Below, piece after piece: positions 45,389-54,535 of a stretch of 64,000 nucleotides of DNA. A program made the position numbers and the translations under genes. The notes below the pieces were generated by a model. It did not search any database and was not told the DNA's origin. It worked only from the letters and a program-made list of their open reading frames with translations. The DNA is from an uncultured virus (IMG/VR IMGVR_UViG_3300031774_000002). Taxonomy: Duplodnaviria; Heunggongvirae; Uroviricota; Caudoviricetes. Each line of letters begins with the position of its first letter. Within the stretch, counting starts at the first letter, position 1. The stretch lies in the IMG/VR virus record IMGVR_UViG_3300031774_000002. One strand, given 5' to 3'.

Positions 45389-46850
45389 TATCAATTCCTA
45401 TGTTATATATTTTGTATGTAAAGTTTTCTTCATTATACATTTTAACCCTTACTGCAAAATGTTTCAATGTGTGGTTGTTGTATGACTTCCAGCTAAGATC
45501 ATCTGATATGTCATAGAGTGTAGCAACCTCTTTACTGTCCCCTTTCCTCAAACCACGACCTATTGACTGTAAGTTCCTTATGCGTGATTTACTAGGACTA
45601 GCAAAGATAACATTATGTAAGTTTCTGATATTAATCCCAGTTGAGAAAGTTCCATAAGAAGCGATGATAATTGCATCTTCTTCTTTCTCAACAACTGCTC
45701 TAACTTGTTCTCTTGTTTCTGCATCTACTCCACCGTATATAAAAAATACTTGTCGACCTTCTTCAGCCGATTCTTTTATTTGGTTATACAACATCTTACC
45801 GTGTTTTTCTACATATTGGAAGAGTAATAGTGTATTACCTTTTCTTGTCAAAGTCAAGTTCTTAATGAACGCATTTCTTCTATCGTGCTTGACCAAGAAG
45901 TCCATTTCTTCCTGATATGTTTTCCTATTCATCATCTTACGAATAGCATCACTATATTTTAAAACTAGACATTTTATCCTGAAGTCTGCCAAAGTATTAT
46001 TATCAATAAGCTCTTTGGTTGTTATCACTTTCATAACTGGACCAAACAAACCCTCTAGCACCAACTTGTTTGTTACAGTTCCGTCTAATGTACCTGTGAA
46101 GCCAAACCTATATTTACAATCAACCATCTTCTCCATTATCTTGGTGAGTGATGTAGCCTTAAATAAATGTGCTTCATCTCCAATTATAATATCAAACTGA
46201 TCAAAATATGATTTTGGTTGTTTATATATGCTCTGCCATGTGCTGATAATTATTTGTGCTTCAGGGTCAGATTTTGCTTGACCTCCAGTCACTAAGTGTG
46301 TATAATAAGGTTGTCCCTTTTCGGAATAGTCTATAAAGTCAGTATTCAACTGAGAAACAAGTGATGTAGTTGGTACAATAACCAGAGCTTTCTTACAAGT
46401 CTTTCTTAGATAGTATTTCAGTAAGCAGTAGATAATGAATGATTTACCTGATGCTGTTGGGGAAAGGATCAAGGCTCTGTGATTGCGGATAGCATGAGCA
46501 ACTGCTCTTAGCTGATAGTCTCTTGGTTTATAGTTTTCCTCTTCAAGAAATTTCTCTAATCCATTTAATGGCAGGTCAATAGTATCATCCAAACCATCAT
46601 GTACTATGACTTCATAATCCCTTTCTTCAGCAAACTTCTTTAACTTCTCTATTAGACCAACATATATCTGCATTGAATTAACATTAAAAAGTCGGATTTT
46701 TCCATCCCACATTTTAGATCTAACTGAAGGAATGAATGATGCATTAGGCACAAGAAACTCAAAATAACTTGAAAGTTCCATAGCGATACCACGATCACAT
46801 TCGACCTTTAGATGCACCTCATTCTTCTTGTATATGTTGATCTGTTCCAT
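45378..46850 (-). CDS. uvsW: SF2 helicase
   Basis: PRDYQ, SPTASGKS, DEAH, TGT, QSIGRGLR. Confidence 0.95.
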   Translation of the reverse strand: MEQINIYKKNEVHLKVECDRGIAMELSSYFEFLVPNASFIPSVRSKMWDGKIRLFNVNSMQIYVGLIEKLKKFAEERDYEVIVHDGLDDTIDLPLNGLEKFLEEENYKPRDYQLRAVAHAIRNHRALILSPTASGKSFIIYCLLKYYLRKTCKKALVIVPTTSLVSQLNTDFIDYSEKGQPYYTHLVTGGQAKSDPEAQIIISTWQSIYKQPKSYFDQFDIIIGDEAHLFKATSLTKIMEKMVDCKYRFGFTGTLDGTVTNKLVLEGLFGPVMKVITTKELIDNNTLADFRIKCLVLKYSDAIRKMMNRKTYQEEMDFLVKHDRRNAFIKNLTLTRKGNTLLLFQYVEKHGKMLYNQIKESAEEGRQVFFIYGGVDAETREQVRAVVEKEEDAIIIASYGTFSTGINIRNLHNVIFASPSKSRIRNLQSIGRGLRKGDSKEVATLYDISDDLSWKSYNNHTLKHFAVRVKMYNEENFTYKIYNIGIDNEH

Positions 46851-46852
46851 AA

Positions 46853-47284
46853 TTAACCTGTGGTAAACTGTGCCCAATCAATTGCACTTTTGATTTGAAA
46901 GCCACGACTATTAATGCTTTTGATAATAGACTCTAAATAACTGACTTTTTCTTCTTGCATACCCAACTGAAGATTTGCTTGTATCATCATATCATCTGAT
47001 TCTATATATGTTTCCACTTCATTCTTTAATAATTTCTTATAGAACTGCTCTCTGTTAATATCATTAAGTTCAGATTGATCAAGCTCACCAAGATAATACT
47101 CAAGGAGCAACTTGCGAGTCTTCTTTGTTTCGGCTTTTAGTTTGATAAGAGCTACACGCTCACCCATATAGATTTTGAGATACTTGTTATGGACAACAGA
47201 TATTTTGGCACTTTCCGCACCAAGCTCAGTTTCATCTAGTTTACAGTCTTTATCCCATTCAATAACAATTTGTTCTATATTCAA
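46853..47284 (-). CDS. uvsY: recombination mediator
   Basis: HNKYL, RGFQIKSAIDW; synteny with uvsW. Confidence 0.85.
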   Translation of the reverse strand: MNIEQIVIEWDKDCKLDETELGAESAKISVVHNKYLKIYMGERVALIKLKAETKKTRKLLLEYYLGELDQSELNDINREQFYKKLLKNEVETYIESDDMMIQANLQLGMQEEKVSYLESIIKSINSRGFQIKSAIDWAQFTTG

Positions 47285-47317
47285 TTTTCACCTCATAAAA
47301 TAGTTACATGCTTCAAT

Positions 47318-47346
47318 ATTATATCGTATTACTGAATTGTAGTCAA
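47318..47346 (-). promoter_or_regulatory. sigma70-type promoter for uvsY
   Basis: TTGACT-N17-TATAAT. Confidence 0.7.
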
Positions 47347-47850
47347 CTCATATTTCCTATAATTAAAACTGACTTGGGCTGAAAGATAATCAACATCAGA
47401 GTTCTCTATACTAAACTCTAATGATGAAAGATTAGTTGGGTACATATCAACAAATTTAACTTCAATATTTGGTGTCATGGCTGCAGTCGTGATAATCATT
47501 GAACCATCAGAATATATATTACCAGTGTTGTCTTTAGTTCTTCCAAGAGCCTTTGATTGATCAAAACTGTCTGGATAACCAAGACCAATCAACCAATCGT
47601 ATATTTCAGAAAAGTTTTTCATATCTTCATCAACGCGGAATGTTAATTGCAACGCACCAAAGTCTAGCTTGTCACCTGGAATTGGAAGTTTCGCGAATGG
47701 ATTTTGAACTTCAGTTGGTGCACTAAGAGAGATATCAGGTATCGCTGCAGCAGTACAAAAATAATTTACATGTGGCAATCTTTGTACGCTGAATCTAAAC
47801 CCTATTGGAGAAAGAAAACTTTTATTTGTTGGTTGTGATGGAACAGTCAT
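47329..47850 (-). CDS. gp3: tail completion / tube terminator protein
   Basis: FLSPIGFRF, PGDKL.F..L...F.VDEDM.N; synteny. Confidence 0.8.
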   Translation of the reverse strand: MTVPSQPTNKSFLSPIGFRFSVQRLPHVNYFCTAAAIPDISLSAPTEVQNPFAKLPIPGDKLDFGALQLTFRVDEDMKNFSEIYDWLIGLGYPDSFDQSKALGRTKDNTGNIYSDGSMIITTAAMTPNIEVKFVDMYPTNLSSLEFSIENSDVDYLSAQVSFNYRKYELTTIQ

Positions 47851-47876
47851 TTGCTTTTCCTATGATTAATATTATC

Positions 47877-47884
47877 TATTTATA
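47877..47884 (-). promoter_or_regulatory. T4-type late promoter TATAAATA
   Basis: exact consensus upstream of gp3. Confidence 0.8.
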
Positions 47885-47890
47885 ATCAAT

Positions 47891-47920
47891 AAAAAAAGGG
47901 GAATATTAAACTCCCCTTTC
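47891..47920 (-). terminator. intrinsic terminator after the YRGV peptide gene
   Basis: AAAGGGGAG-loop-TTCCCCTTT-TTTT. Confidence 0.8.
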
Positions 47921-47936
47921 TTCCACGCACTAACAA

Positions 47937-48035
47937 TTAACTGACCTTAACACCTCTGTAAACACGCTCAGATCTAGTTTTATTTTTGGCAGATTTTTTA
48001 GGTGCAACTCGCACACCACGATATATAATAGTCAT
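47937..48035 (-). CDS. 32-aa basic peptide with two YRGV motifs (DUF4278-like)
   Basis: MTIIYRGVRVAPKKSAKNKTRSERVYRGVKVS; SD AGGAGA; not in the ORF track. Confidence 0.8.
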   Translation of the reverse strand: MTIIYRGVRVAPKKSAKNKTRSERVYRGVKVS

Positions 48036-48063
48036 AGCTATCTCCTATAGTTAAATAAAAGAT

Positions 48064-48116
48064 GCGTTCCTTCGACACAATTGTCTACTTCCGTTCACTT
48101 ATAGTGAATGAACGAT
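48064..48116 (-). promoter_or_regulatory. glutamine riboswitch (glnA motif, glutamine-I class)
   Basis: AUCGUUC-A-[UUCACU AUA AGUGAA]-CGGAAGUA-[GACA AUUG UGUC]-GAAG-GAACGC: P1/P2/P3 three-way junction with the conserved GGAAGUA and GAAG segments. Confidence 0.85.
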
Positions 48117-48169
48117 GTAGTCTTTTGACCGATGACTTATCGGAGCATATCAGAATAGATATACACCAT

Positions 48170-48177
48170 TATTTATA
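48170..48177 (-). promoter_or_regulatory. T4-type late promoter TATAAATA driving the riboswitch leader
   Basis: exact consensus immediately downstream of the gp23 terminator. Confidence 0.8.
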
Positions 48178-48182
48178 AGAAT

Positions 48183-48209
48183 AAAAAAAGAGGCTCCGAA
48201 GAGCCTCTT
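48183..48209 (-). terminator. gp23 terminator with cUUCGg loop
   Basis: AAGAGGCTC-TTCG-GAGCCTCTT-TTTTT. Confidence 0.9.
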
Positions 48210-48242
48210 ATAAAGTTGTCTGTTAAGACAGATCTTTTTATC

Positions 48243-49610
48243 TTATACCAAGTTAGCAACTTTAACGCGACGGTAGTAAGAGTTTTTACTAGCAAAGTTA
48301 ACAGCACTTGCAGCAAATGGGTTCGCAACCATGCCGTAGCGAGTTTTGAAACCGATTTTTGGTTGGAAGGTATTCTCACCAACCGCACGAACCATTTGTA
48401 GAGGCACATATGGGCAGTAGAATAAACCAGCATCAAAGGCACTATCACCTTTGTAACCAATAGTGAAGTAGTTGTTAGTTGTATCAGAGAAGTATGGATC
48501 AATGTATACTTTGATACGACCATTTAATACACCAGCGAAAGTGTTACCAGTGTCATCTACTTGCAAGTTGTTGCTAAGTGCAGGAGCATAGTCAAGAACA
48601 CCAGCCATTTGAAGAGCAGAAGCTACATCAGATGAAGTGATCAAAACATTACCTTTACCGCGACGAGTTGCTTTACCGATTGCGTTAGCTTCACGCTCGA
48701 TTTGGAACATTAAGCCTTTGAACTTCTCAACAGACCAGCGACCGTTTGAGTCAGTGTCTAGATCGAAAACACCATTATTAGTTACAAGACCTTGTGCACC
48801 GATAGTAGCAGTGTAGTTGATAGTACGAACAACTTCACGGTTAATTTCAGCAAGGATCTCAGTAGATAAGATGTTGCTTAACTCTTGCTCAGCATCTAAA
48901 CCATGGACAGCTTTAAGATCTTGAGCTAATTCCATAGTGTATTCTGCTTTTAACGCACGAGATACAGCTGTTACACTGATTTTCTCGATAGAGAACGCCA
49001 TTTCAGCAAAAGAGTTACCAGCTGCATCGCCAAGAGCTTCAGCAGTAGCAGTTGACATACCAGTGTGAACAGTATAGCCAGAACCAGAAGCAGCTTCAGT
49101 TGCATCTTGACCAGCTTGAGTAGTACCAGCAGCACCATCGATTACACCACCGAAGTTTGCTGTGTTAGCAGTCTCACTACCGATTGCAGAGAATGAAGTG
49201 TCAGCTTCGTTAAATAAGGCTTCAGTACCAGCTTGAGTATTGAGGCGTGATTTCATCGCAAAGATAAGACCAGTTGGACCAGTCATTGGCTGTACGCCAC
49301 AAATATCATAAGCGATAAGGTTAGGCATTGAGCGACGCACTAAGCTGATTAGGACAGGATCGAAAGTATCGACACTACCGTCACCAGCAGTAGAGCTAGA
49401 TGCACCCATTGCGTTTACTGGTGCTGCTTCGCCTAAAAGCGAAGGAGCGTGAGCACCGCCAGACTGAGCAGATTGCTCAGCTGCAGCTCGTTCTTGGTTT
49501 TCTAAAAGAGTTGCAACAGTTGAACGCTTGTGAGCGTCAGTGATCGAAGGAAGATCAGCGTGCTCAAGAACAGGTTGCCACTTCTTTTGTAGACTATCAG
49601 ATTGAATCAT
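48243..49610 (-). CDS. gp23: major capsid protein
   Basis: DICGVQPMTGPTGLIFAM, SRALKAEYTMELAQDLKAVHGLDAE, FQPKIGFKTRYG. Confidence 0.98.
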   Translation of the reverse strand: MIQSDSLQKKWQPVLEHADLPSITDAHKRSTVATLLENQERAAAEQSAQSGGAHAPSLLGEAAPVNAMGASSSTAGDGSVDTFDPVLISLVRRSMPNLIAYDICGVQPMTGPTGLIFAMKSRLNTQAGTEALFNEADTSFSAIGSETANTANFGGVIDGAAGTTQAGQDATEAASGSGYTVHTGMSTATAEALGDAAGNSFAEMAFSIEKISVTAVSRALKAEYTMELAQDLKAVHGLDAEQELSNILSTEILAEINREVVRTINYTATIGAQGLVTNNGVFDLDTDSNGRWSVEKFKGLMFQIEREANAIGKATRRGKGNVLITSSDVASALQMAGVLDYAPALSNNLQVDDTGNTFAGVLNGRIKVYIDPYFSDTTNNYFTIGYKGDSAFDAGLFYCPYVPLQMVRAVGENTFQPKIGFKTRYGMVANPFAASAVNFASKNSYYRRVKVANLV

Positions 49611-49654
49611 TATAGGTTCTCCTTAAAATAAGACCTTTTATTAAATTACTTGAT

Positions 49655-49662
49655 TATTTATA
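49655..49662 (-). promoter_or_regulatory. T4-type late promoter TATAAATA
   Basis: upstream of gp23. Confidence 0.8.
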
Positions 49663-49667
49663 AAAAA

Positions 49668-50744
49668 TTACTTTTTAATGCTTTTTGAAATGGCATTCAA
49701 GTACGCACTCATGCTAGGATCAGCATGATTTGTCTCTTCAGTTAATTCATCTAACTCAAGAGGCTCTTCATCGACAACCACTTGCTCAGCGACAACTTCT
49801 TCTTTAGGGAAGTAGCTCTCTTTGAGTGTCTCTAACTTTTCAGCATATGAATCTTCATCTTCAAACTCTACGCCTTCAGACAAAGAAGCCAGCTTAACGG
49901 CTTGAGACTCTGTGATATCTTCGCAAGCAGAAGCTAAGATCGCAGATTTCTTTGACTCAACTAATTCTTTGCGAAGAACGATGTTTCTTTCCATTTCTTC
50001 ATTGATTGAAGATTCGAGCTCAGTAACCTTAGATGCTAATTCATCAACAAGGTCAACTTTCTCTTCTGGAATATCGATGTAGTTTTCAGTGAACAGACTG
50101 CGTAAACCAGTCATGAAGTTCTCAACGATTTCTGCTCGAACTCCTTGCTCAACTGCTAACTCATTTTCTTGCATCCACTCTTCAGCGACATACTCTAAGT
50201 AGTCATCTAAGCGTGATGAAAGAGATTCATTAATGGTAGATTTTTCTGCTTCAAGTTCTGCTTCAAAATCAACAGTAACAGATTCTAAAACTTCGTTGAC
50301 TTTTGAAACTACTGCAGCTTCAAAGATAGTTGTAGCTTTTGATACAAAATCTTCTGAAAGATCTTGACCACCAAACATTGCTTCAACATCTTCAGCGATA
50401 GATACATCTTCAGCACTAATCTGACGGATTTCTTTGATAGATTGTGTATCAGCTTCTTCTGAAACTTCTTCAGCTTCAAAACCTTCAACCTTCAAAGATG
50501 CCATAACCTTACCATAGTTTGCTGCGATGTCGTCTTTCTTCATGCCTTTAACAGCATCCATCATAGCATTGATCATACCAACTTTTGTTTTGGGAGCAGG
50601 CACTTGTTTAGGAGCACCCTTCTTAATTTCTGCAGCATTGTCGTCAGCGATTTTTTCGCCATCAACTTCTGGTGCAGCATTCGCTTCTTCGAGAGCGTCA
50701 TCAGTTTGCTCAACTTCTACACCCTCTAGTTCTAAATCAGACAT
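49668..50744 (-). CDS. gp22: prohead core scaffold
   Basis: acidic coiled coil, KATTIFEAAV, YLEYVAEEW, KLETLKESYF; synteny. Confidence 0.9.
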   Translation of the reverse strand: MSDLELEGVEVEQTDDALEEANAAPEVDGEKIADDNAAEIKKGAPKQVPAPKTKVGMINAMMDAVKGMKKDDIAANYGKVMASLKVEGFEAEEVSEEADTQSIKEIRQISAEDVSIAEDVEAMFGGQDLSEDFVSKATTIFEAAVVSKVNEVLESVTVDFEAELEAEKSTINESLSSRLDDYLEYVAEEWMQENELAVEQGVRAEIVENFMTGLRSLFTENYIDIPEEKVDLVDELASKVTELESSINEEMERNIVLRKELVESKKSAILASACEDITESQAVKLASLSEGVEFEDEDSYAEKLETLKESYFPKEEVVAEQVVVDEEPLELDELTEETNHADPSMSAYLNAISKSIKK

Positions 50745-50776
50745 GGATTTCTCCTTTAAATTAATTGAATACAGTC

Positions 50777-50784
50777 TATTTATA
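50777..50784 (-). promoter_or_regulatory. T4-type late promoter TATAAATA
   Basis: upstream of gp22. Confidence 0.8.
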
Positions 50785-50789
50785 AAAAT

Positions 50790-51446
50790 TTATAATTTGG
50801 AAATAAAGTCCTTAAAAACAGCCAACTTTGTCTCTTCGAGCTCTTGAGAACTGGCTTTTTGAACTTCATTCTTATAATCAGCAATATTGGCTTCGCGGAT
50901 AACACCGTTTTCCCAAACCCACTCTTTGCCTTCCATGATACCTTGCACGAAAGCATCTGGTGCTGATGGGTCTGCAACAATATCAGCTGCAGTTGCGAGA
51001 TAGAAGTCATTTTGAACTTCACCAACACCAGCTTTTGTTTGTTTGACTGAACCCATACCACGAGATGAAACACCTAGTTGAGCACCCTCGTCCATCAAAG
51101 ATTTGACGATAGCACCATAAGGAGTTTCTGTCATGATTTTAGCTTTACCAAGAAAGTTAGAACCATCACGCTTCAACTCAGTGATCATATGCGAAACACG
51201 CTCAAGATTTATAGTTGGACCTTGTGGATGTCCAAGCTCACCATAAGCACGATTCTTTTCAACATACTCTTCAGAGTATCGTTTGATTTCTTTATCTAAA
51301 ACCTCAGCAGGATATAATCGACCGTTGCGGTTTTGTATATCACCTTGCAAGAAAACACCTTCAATAAAATATGACTTCTTACCATCTTTATCTTTGGCTT
51401 CTGTAAGGTAATTAATATCTTCGTTTACTTCGCATATTAGCTTCAT
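50790..51446 (-). CDS. gp21: prohead protease
   Basis: NRNGRLY, GELGHP, GVSSRGMGS, DIVADPSAPDA. Confidence 0.95.
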   Translation of the reverse strand: MKLICEVNEDINYLTEAKDKDGKKSYFIEGVFLQGDIQNRNGRLYPAEVLDKEIKRYSEEYVEKNRAYGELGHPQGPTINLERVSHMITELKRDGSNFLGKAKIMTETPYGAIVKSLMDEGAQLGVSSRGMGSVKQTKAGVGEVQNDFYLATAADIVADPSAPDAFVQGIMEGKEWVWENGVIREANIADYKNEVQKASSQELEETKLAVFKDFISKL

Positions 51447-51447
51447 A

Positions 51448-51705
51448 TTAGTAACCTGAGTTTGCTATAGCTGTGCCATAAAAGGTTGTAGCACCACGCA
51501 ATCCTTGACTATCTGCTAAGTGGACTACAATACCAGAACCTGCAGCAACATATATTGTTCCTAAATCACCGCCATCTGCAGCATTACGAACAGTTGCAAC
51601 CGCAGCAGAAGTATGAGTGTTAAACAGATAAACTGCGTGTTGACCTGTTGTTTTAAATTTTGTTGTTCCTGTGGCTAGTGCCGTTGCTGTTCCTAATACC
51701 TTCAT
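51448..51705 (-). CDS. small putative head protein
   Basis: 85 aa, A/T/G-rich, in the head operon. Confidence 0.55.
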   Translation of the reverse strand: MKVLGTATALATGTTKFKTTGQHAVYLFNTHTSAAVATVRNAADGGDLGTIYVAAGSGIVVHLADSQGLRGATTFYGTAIANSGY

Positions 51706-52169
51706 TATTTACCCCCGAATGCGATGTCAACCAACTGAAACATTCCTTCAGGCGATTTTTCTAACATCTTTTCAGCCTTTTTTGCATTAGCAGGCTTTAG
51801 TTTATTTAGCATGTTAACAAGAGCAGAAGCAGTAGTCATGTCTATTGTCTCAGACTTACCATCACCGAACTTAACCTTCTTTGCTGCTTTTTTCTTAACA
51901 ATATCGTTTAACTGATCTACAACTTTTCCCTCAGATAAGTCACTTTCCTCATCTTGTTCAGTTTCAGTTTCTTCAGTGATCTCAGCACGATCACCATCGA
52001 ATTGATGATCTCCAGCAACTGGATGTTTTGTTACAGTCATCTTGTGCTTGGCTTTAAAATCTTTTTCGCCTTTTGGTTTTGGTTCTAATTGATCCTTTTC
52101 AGTATTATCATTAGGACGACCGCCTGATGCAGCTTCAGATACAAATGTCTTAAATCTTTTGATAGGCAT
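51705..52169 (-). CDS. putative prohead core/internal protein (gp68 position)
   Basis: synteny; KRFKTFVSE N-terminus, ITE and LSE sites. Confidence 0.55.
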   Translation of the reverse strand: MPIKRFKTFVSEAASGGRPNDNTEKDQLEPKPKGEKDFKAKHKMTVTKHPVAGDHQFDGDRAEITEETETEQDEESDLSEGKVVDQLNDIVKKKAAKKVKFGDGKSETIDMTTASALVNMLNKLKPANAKKAEKMLEKSPEGMFQLVDIAFGGK

Positions 52170-52171
52170 TA

Positions 52172-52363
52172 CTAATCCTCTGGTTCTTGATTATCTTGTT
52201 GTGACATAAAGTTTGTTGAAACCTCATGTTTTTTAATTTCTACAGCATCTTTAATTTTGTCCATCAACAAGTCGTTGACGACATCTTTAAACCCTGATAC
52301 ATCGCCTTCTGCAGCTTTATTTATTGCGTCTAAAGATGTTACAGTTTCTTGTTCTTCGCTCAT
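52172..52363 (-). CDS. putative prohead core protein (gp67 position)
   Basis: small acidic ORF right after the portal. Confidence 0.55.
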   Translation of the reverse strand: MSEEQETVTSLDAINKAAEGDVSGFKDVVNDLLMDKIKDAVEIKKHEVSTNFMSQQDNQEPED

Positions 52364-52375
52364 AATAATCTCCAA

Positions 52376-52391
52376 TATTTATATATTTATA
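52376..52391 (-). promoter_or_regulatory. tandem late promoters TATAAATA x2
   Basis: consensus at 52384-52391 and 52376-52383. Confidence 0.75.
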
Positions 52392-52408
52392 AGATAAATC
52401 TCTTACAA

Positions 52409-53890
52409 TTAAAATTCGTTATCGTCACCATCACCTTCATCAGCGATATCTTTATCCATCTGTTCAATATCTTCTTCTGTCTGCATAAGAACATTTTTAC
52501 GGATCCATGCTGTGGAGAAATATTTACCAGTATATTGGTCAACATCTTGAAGTAGTGATAATCTTTCTCTCATAACTTCAGATGTTTTCAATTCAGAAAA
52601 ATGGTTGTCTTCAGCGAAATTAAACCGCAATTCTTTCTTTATTTCAGACCACTCTTCTTTTGTTATAACGCCTTTCAAAAGTAGTTGCTTTTCAAGAAGA
52701 ATCATAAACAATTCTGAAAAACGACTTCTTAATCTTTTAACAAACTTAGAAAACTTTAACTCGTCACGAGTTATCTCGGATGCTCTTCCAAGATTAAATT
52801 GTCCATCTGACTGTAATCTTGATGAAGGAACATTAAGAGATTCATAAAGTTTTCTGCGAAAATATTCTACATCATCCATCTCTCCAAGATTTTGCCCACC
52901 TGGAAGTGTGGTGATTTCTGTTCCGCTACTACCTTCTCTTCTTGGTAGCCAATAATCTTCAAGCATAGTAAGAAATTTACGATCATCTCTAACTTCACCA
53001 GTGTTAGCATCATAGACTAATTTATTCTTATGCTTAACCATCATATCTCGTAGATATTGTTCAGCTTTTGCTTTGGGCAAATTACCTACATCGATATAAA
53101 ATATTCTTCTTTCTGGTGCACGAGCTAGACGATAAATAATTGTCGCATCTTCTAACATACGCAACTGATTCAAGGGCTTAACAGCTTTGTGTAAATGCCC
53201 AAGAACCATTGAATTCTTTTGATCCATAACACCGCTATGGATATATGCGATAGCATCAGGAGCAATCTTAACACCCGAATTACCAGCACTTACTCCTTTG
53301 CCAGAGTAAATAAAATATTCATTATATTGTTTACCAATAACACCTTGTCTGTCAGCACCGCCATTTTTTGGTTTCTTTTCAGTCCTGACTTTTTTGATCT
53401 TTCTTGGATCAATATATCTGAGTTCTTGTATTCCTTTTCTGGGATTAGCAGTATCAATCATCAGATGATAATACAACCTTCCATCAACATACCAATTACG
53501 GAATATGTCATATCCGCTGTTCTCAAAATGCATTAAATTAAGAATTCCGTCAAACTCTTCACGGATCCTTTCTTTGATTGCATCTGGTTGCTCGACTTCG
53601 TCAACAACAACCTCAACAGCAGCACTACTATCTTCAAACACAACAGCTTCATTAATAATATCATCTACAGCCTTGTCACATTCACCTTGATATGACATTT
53701 CTCTGTATTTTGTTATCAATGTAACTTCAGTTTTAGCAGATCCTTCAAGATCAACTGTAGTGCCGAAAGCACCACCTGCATTCACATCTATCGTACCATC
53801 TATGTTAGGTGGTGGTGCGAATGACTGTACTGTTGGTGGTGCTTCTTGTTCTTTGCGTCCGATCTGAAAACCGAAAAGTTCTATTGCCAT
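52409..53890 (-). CDS. gp20: portal protein
   Basis: WYVDGRL, RAPERRIFYIDVGNLPK, EDYWLPRREG. Confidence 0.97.
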   Translation of the reverse strand: MAIELFGFQIGRKEQEAPPTVQSFAPPPNIDGTIDVNAGGAFGTTVDLEGSAKTEVTLITKYREMSYQGECDKAVDDIINEAVVFEDSSAAVEVVVDEVEQPDAIKERIREEFDGILNLMHFENSGYDIFRNWYVDGRLYYHLMIDTANPRKGIQELRYIDPRKIKKVRTEKKPKNGGADRQGVIGKQYNEYFIYSGKGVSAGNSGVKIAPDAIAYIHSGVMDQKNSMVLGHLHKAVKPLNQLRMLEDATIIYRLARAPERRIFYIDVGNLPKAKAEQYLRDMMVKHKNKLVYDANTGEVRDDRKFLTMLEDYWLPRREGSSGTEITTLPGGQNLGEMDDVEYFRRKLYESLNVPSSRLQSDGQFNLGRASEITRDELKFSKFVKRLRSRFSELFMILLEKQLLLKGVITKEEWSEIKKELRFNFAEDNHFSELKTSEVMRERLSLLQDVDQYTGKYFSTAWIRKNVLMQTEEDIEQMDKDIADEGDGDDNEF

Positions 53891-53959
53891 TATGGTCAAT
53901 CCTCATCATTAATAGGGGCATCATACTATTTATGCCTGCCCCTAGATCACTTTTTTGGA

Positions 53960-54505
53960 CTAAATTCCGCCAGCGTTTCCAGTAACACCGCCAGATACTT
54001 CCCAATAATCATATTGGAATGTCACAGTGTACTCTTGGATTGCATCACTATCCCATGCTAAGTCGATGGTGCCAACTTCAGATGGATACAAGCCAACAAA
54101 GTTATAAACACGGAGTATAGCACCGTCTTTACCAAACTGTGTTACTTGTGCATTAGCTTTATATAGGCTTGGAGCAGAGCCAGACTGATTAACATTACCT
54201 TGAGCAGTGTTAATTGAGTTTGACCATGCTTCCATAGCATTTCGGACTGCGAAGTCTTCGTCATTAATAATAGTTGGTGCCCATTCAGCATAAGTACGAT
54301 TACCAGCCAACTTAATTTGACGACCGAAGTATGGAACTTCAACCGTACCAAGCGTAGAGGCAGGTATTTGTGCAGCCTTTGTCATAAAAGGCACTTGTGC
54401 ATCAGCAACACCGTTAATTGGATTTGTAATCTGGACTTGGAAGAGTGATGCTCTTGCACCACCCCCAGTTAAAGCTCCAGCAAAATCATTTACATTAAAC
54501 GCCAT
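53960..54505 (-). CDS. gp19: tail tube protein
   Basis: GGGAR..LF, GRQIKLAGNRT, VTFQYDYW. Confidence 0.93.
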   Translation of the reverse strand: MAFNVNDFAGALTGGGARASLFQVQITNPINGVADAQVPFMTKAAQIPASTLGTVEVPYFGRQIKLAGNRTYAEWAPTIINDEDFAVRNAMEAWSNSINTAQGNVNQSGSAPSLYKANAQVTQFGKDGAILRVYNFVGLYPSEVGTIDLAWDSDAIQEYTVTFQYDYWEVSGGVTGNAGGI

Positions 54506-54535
54506 TTTTTTTATCTCCCGATTCTTATTTTATAT

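Noticed and set aside
48173..48523. 116-aa minus-strand ORF overlapping the gp23 3' end
   Set aside because: Alternate frame of gp23 that runs through its terminator; no RBS or motif.
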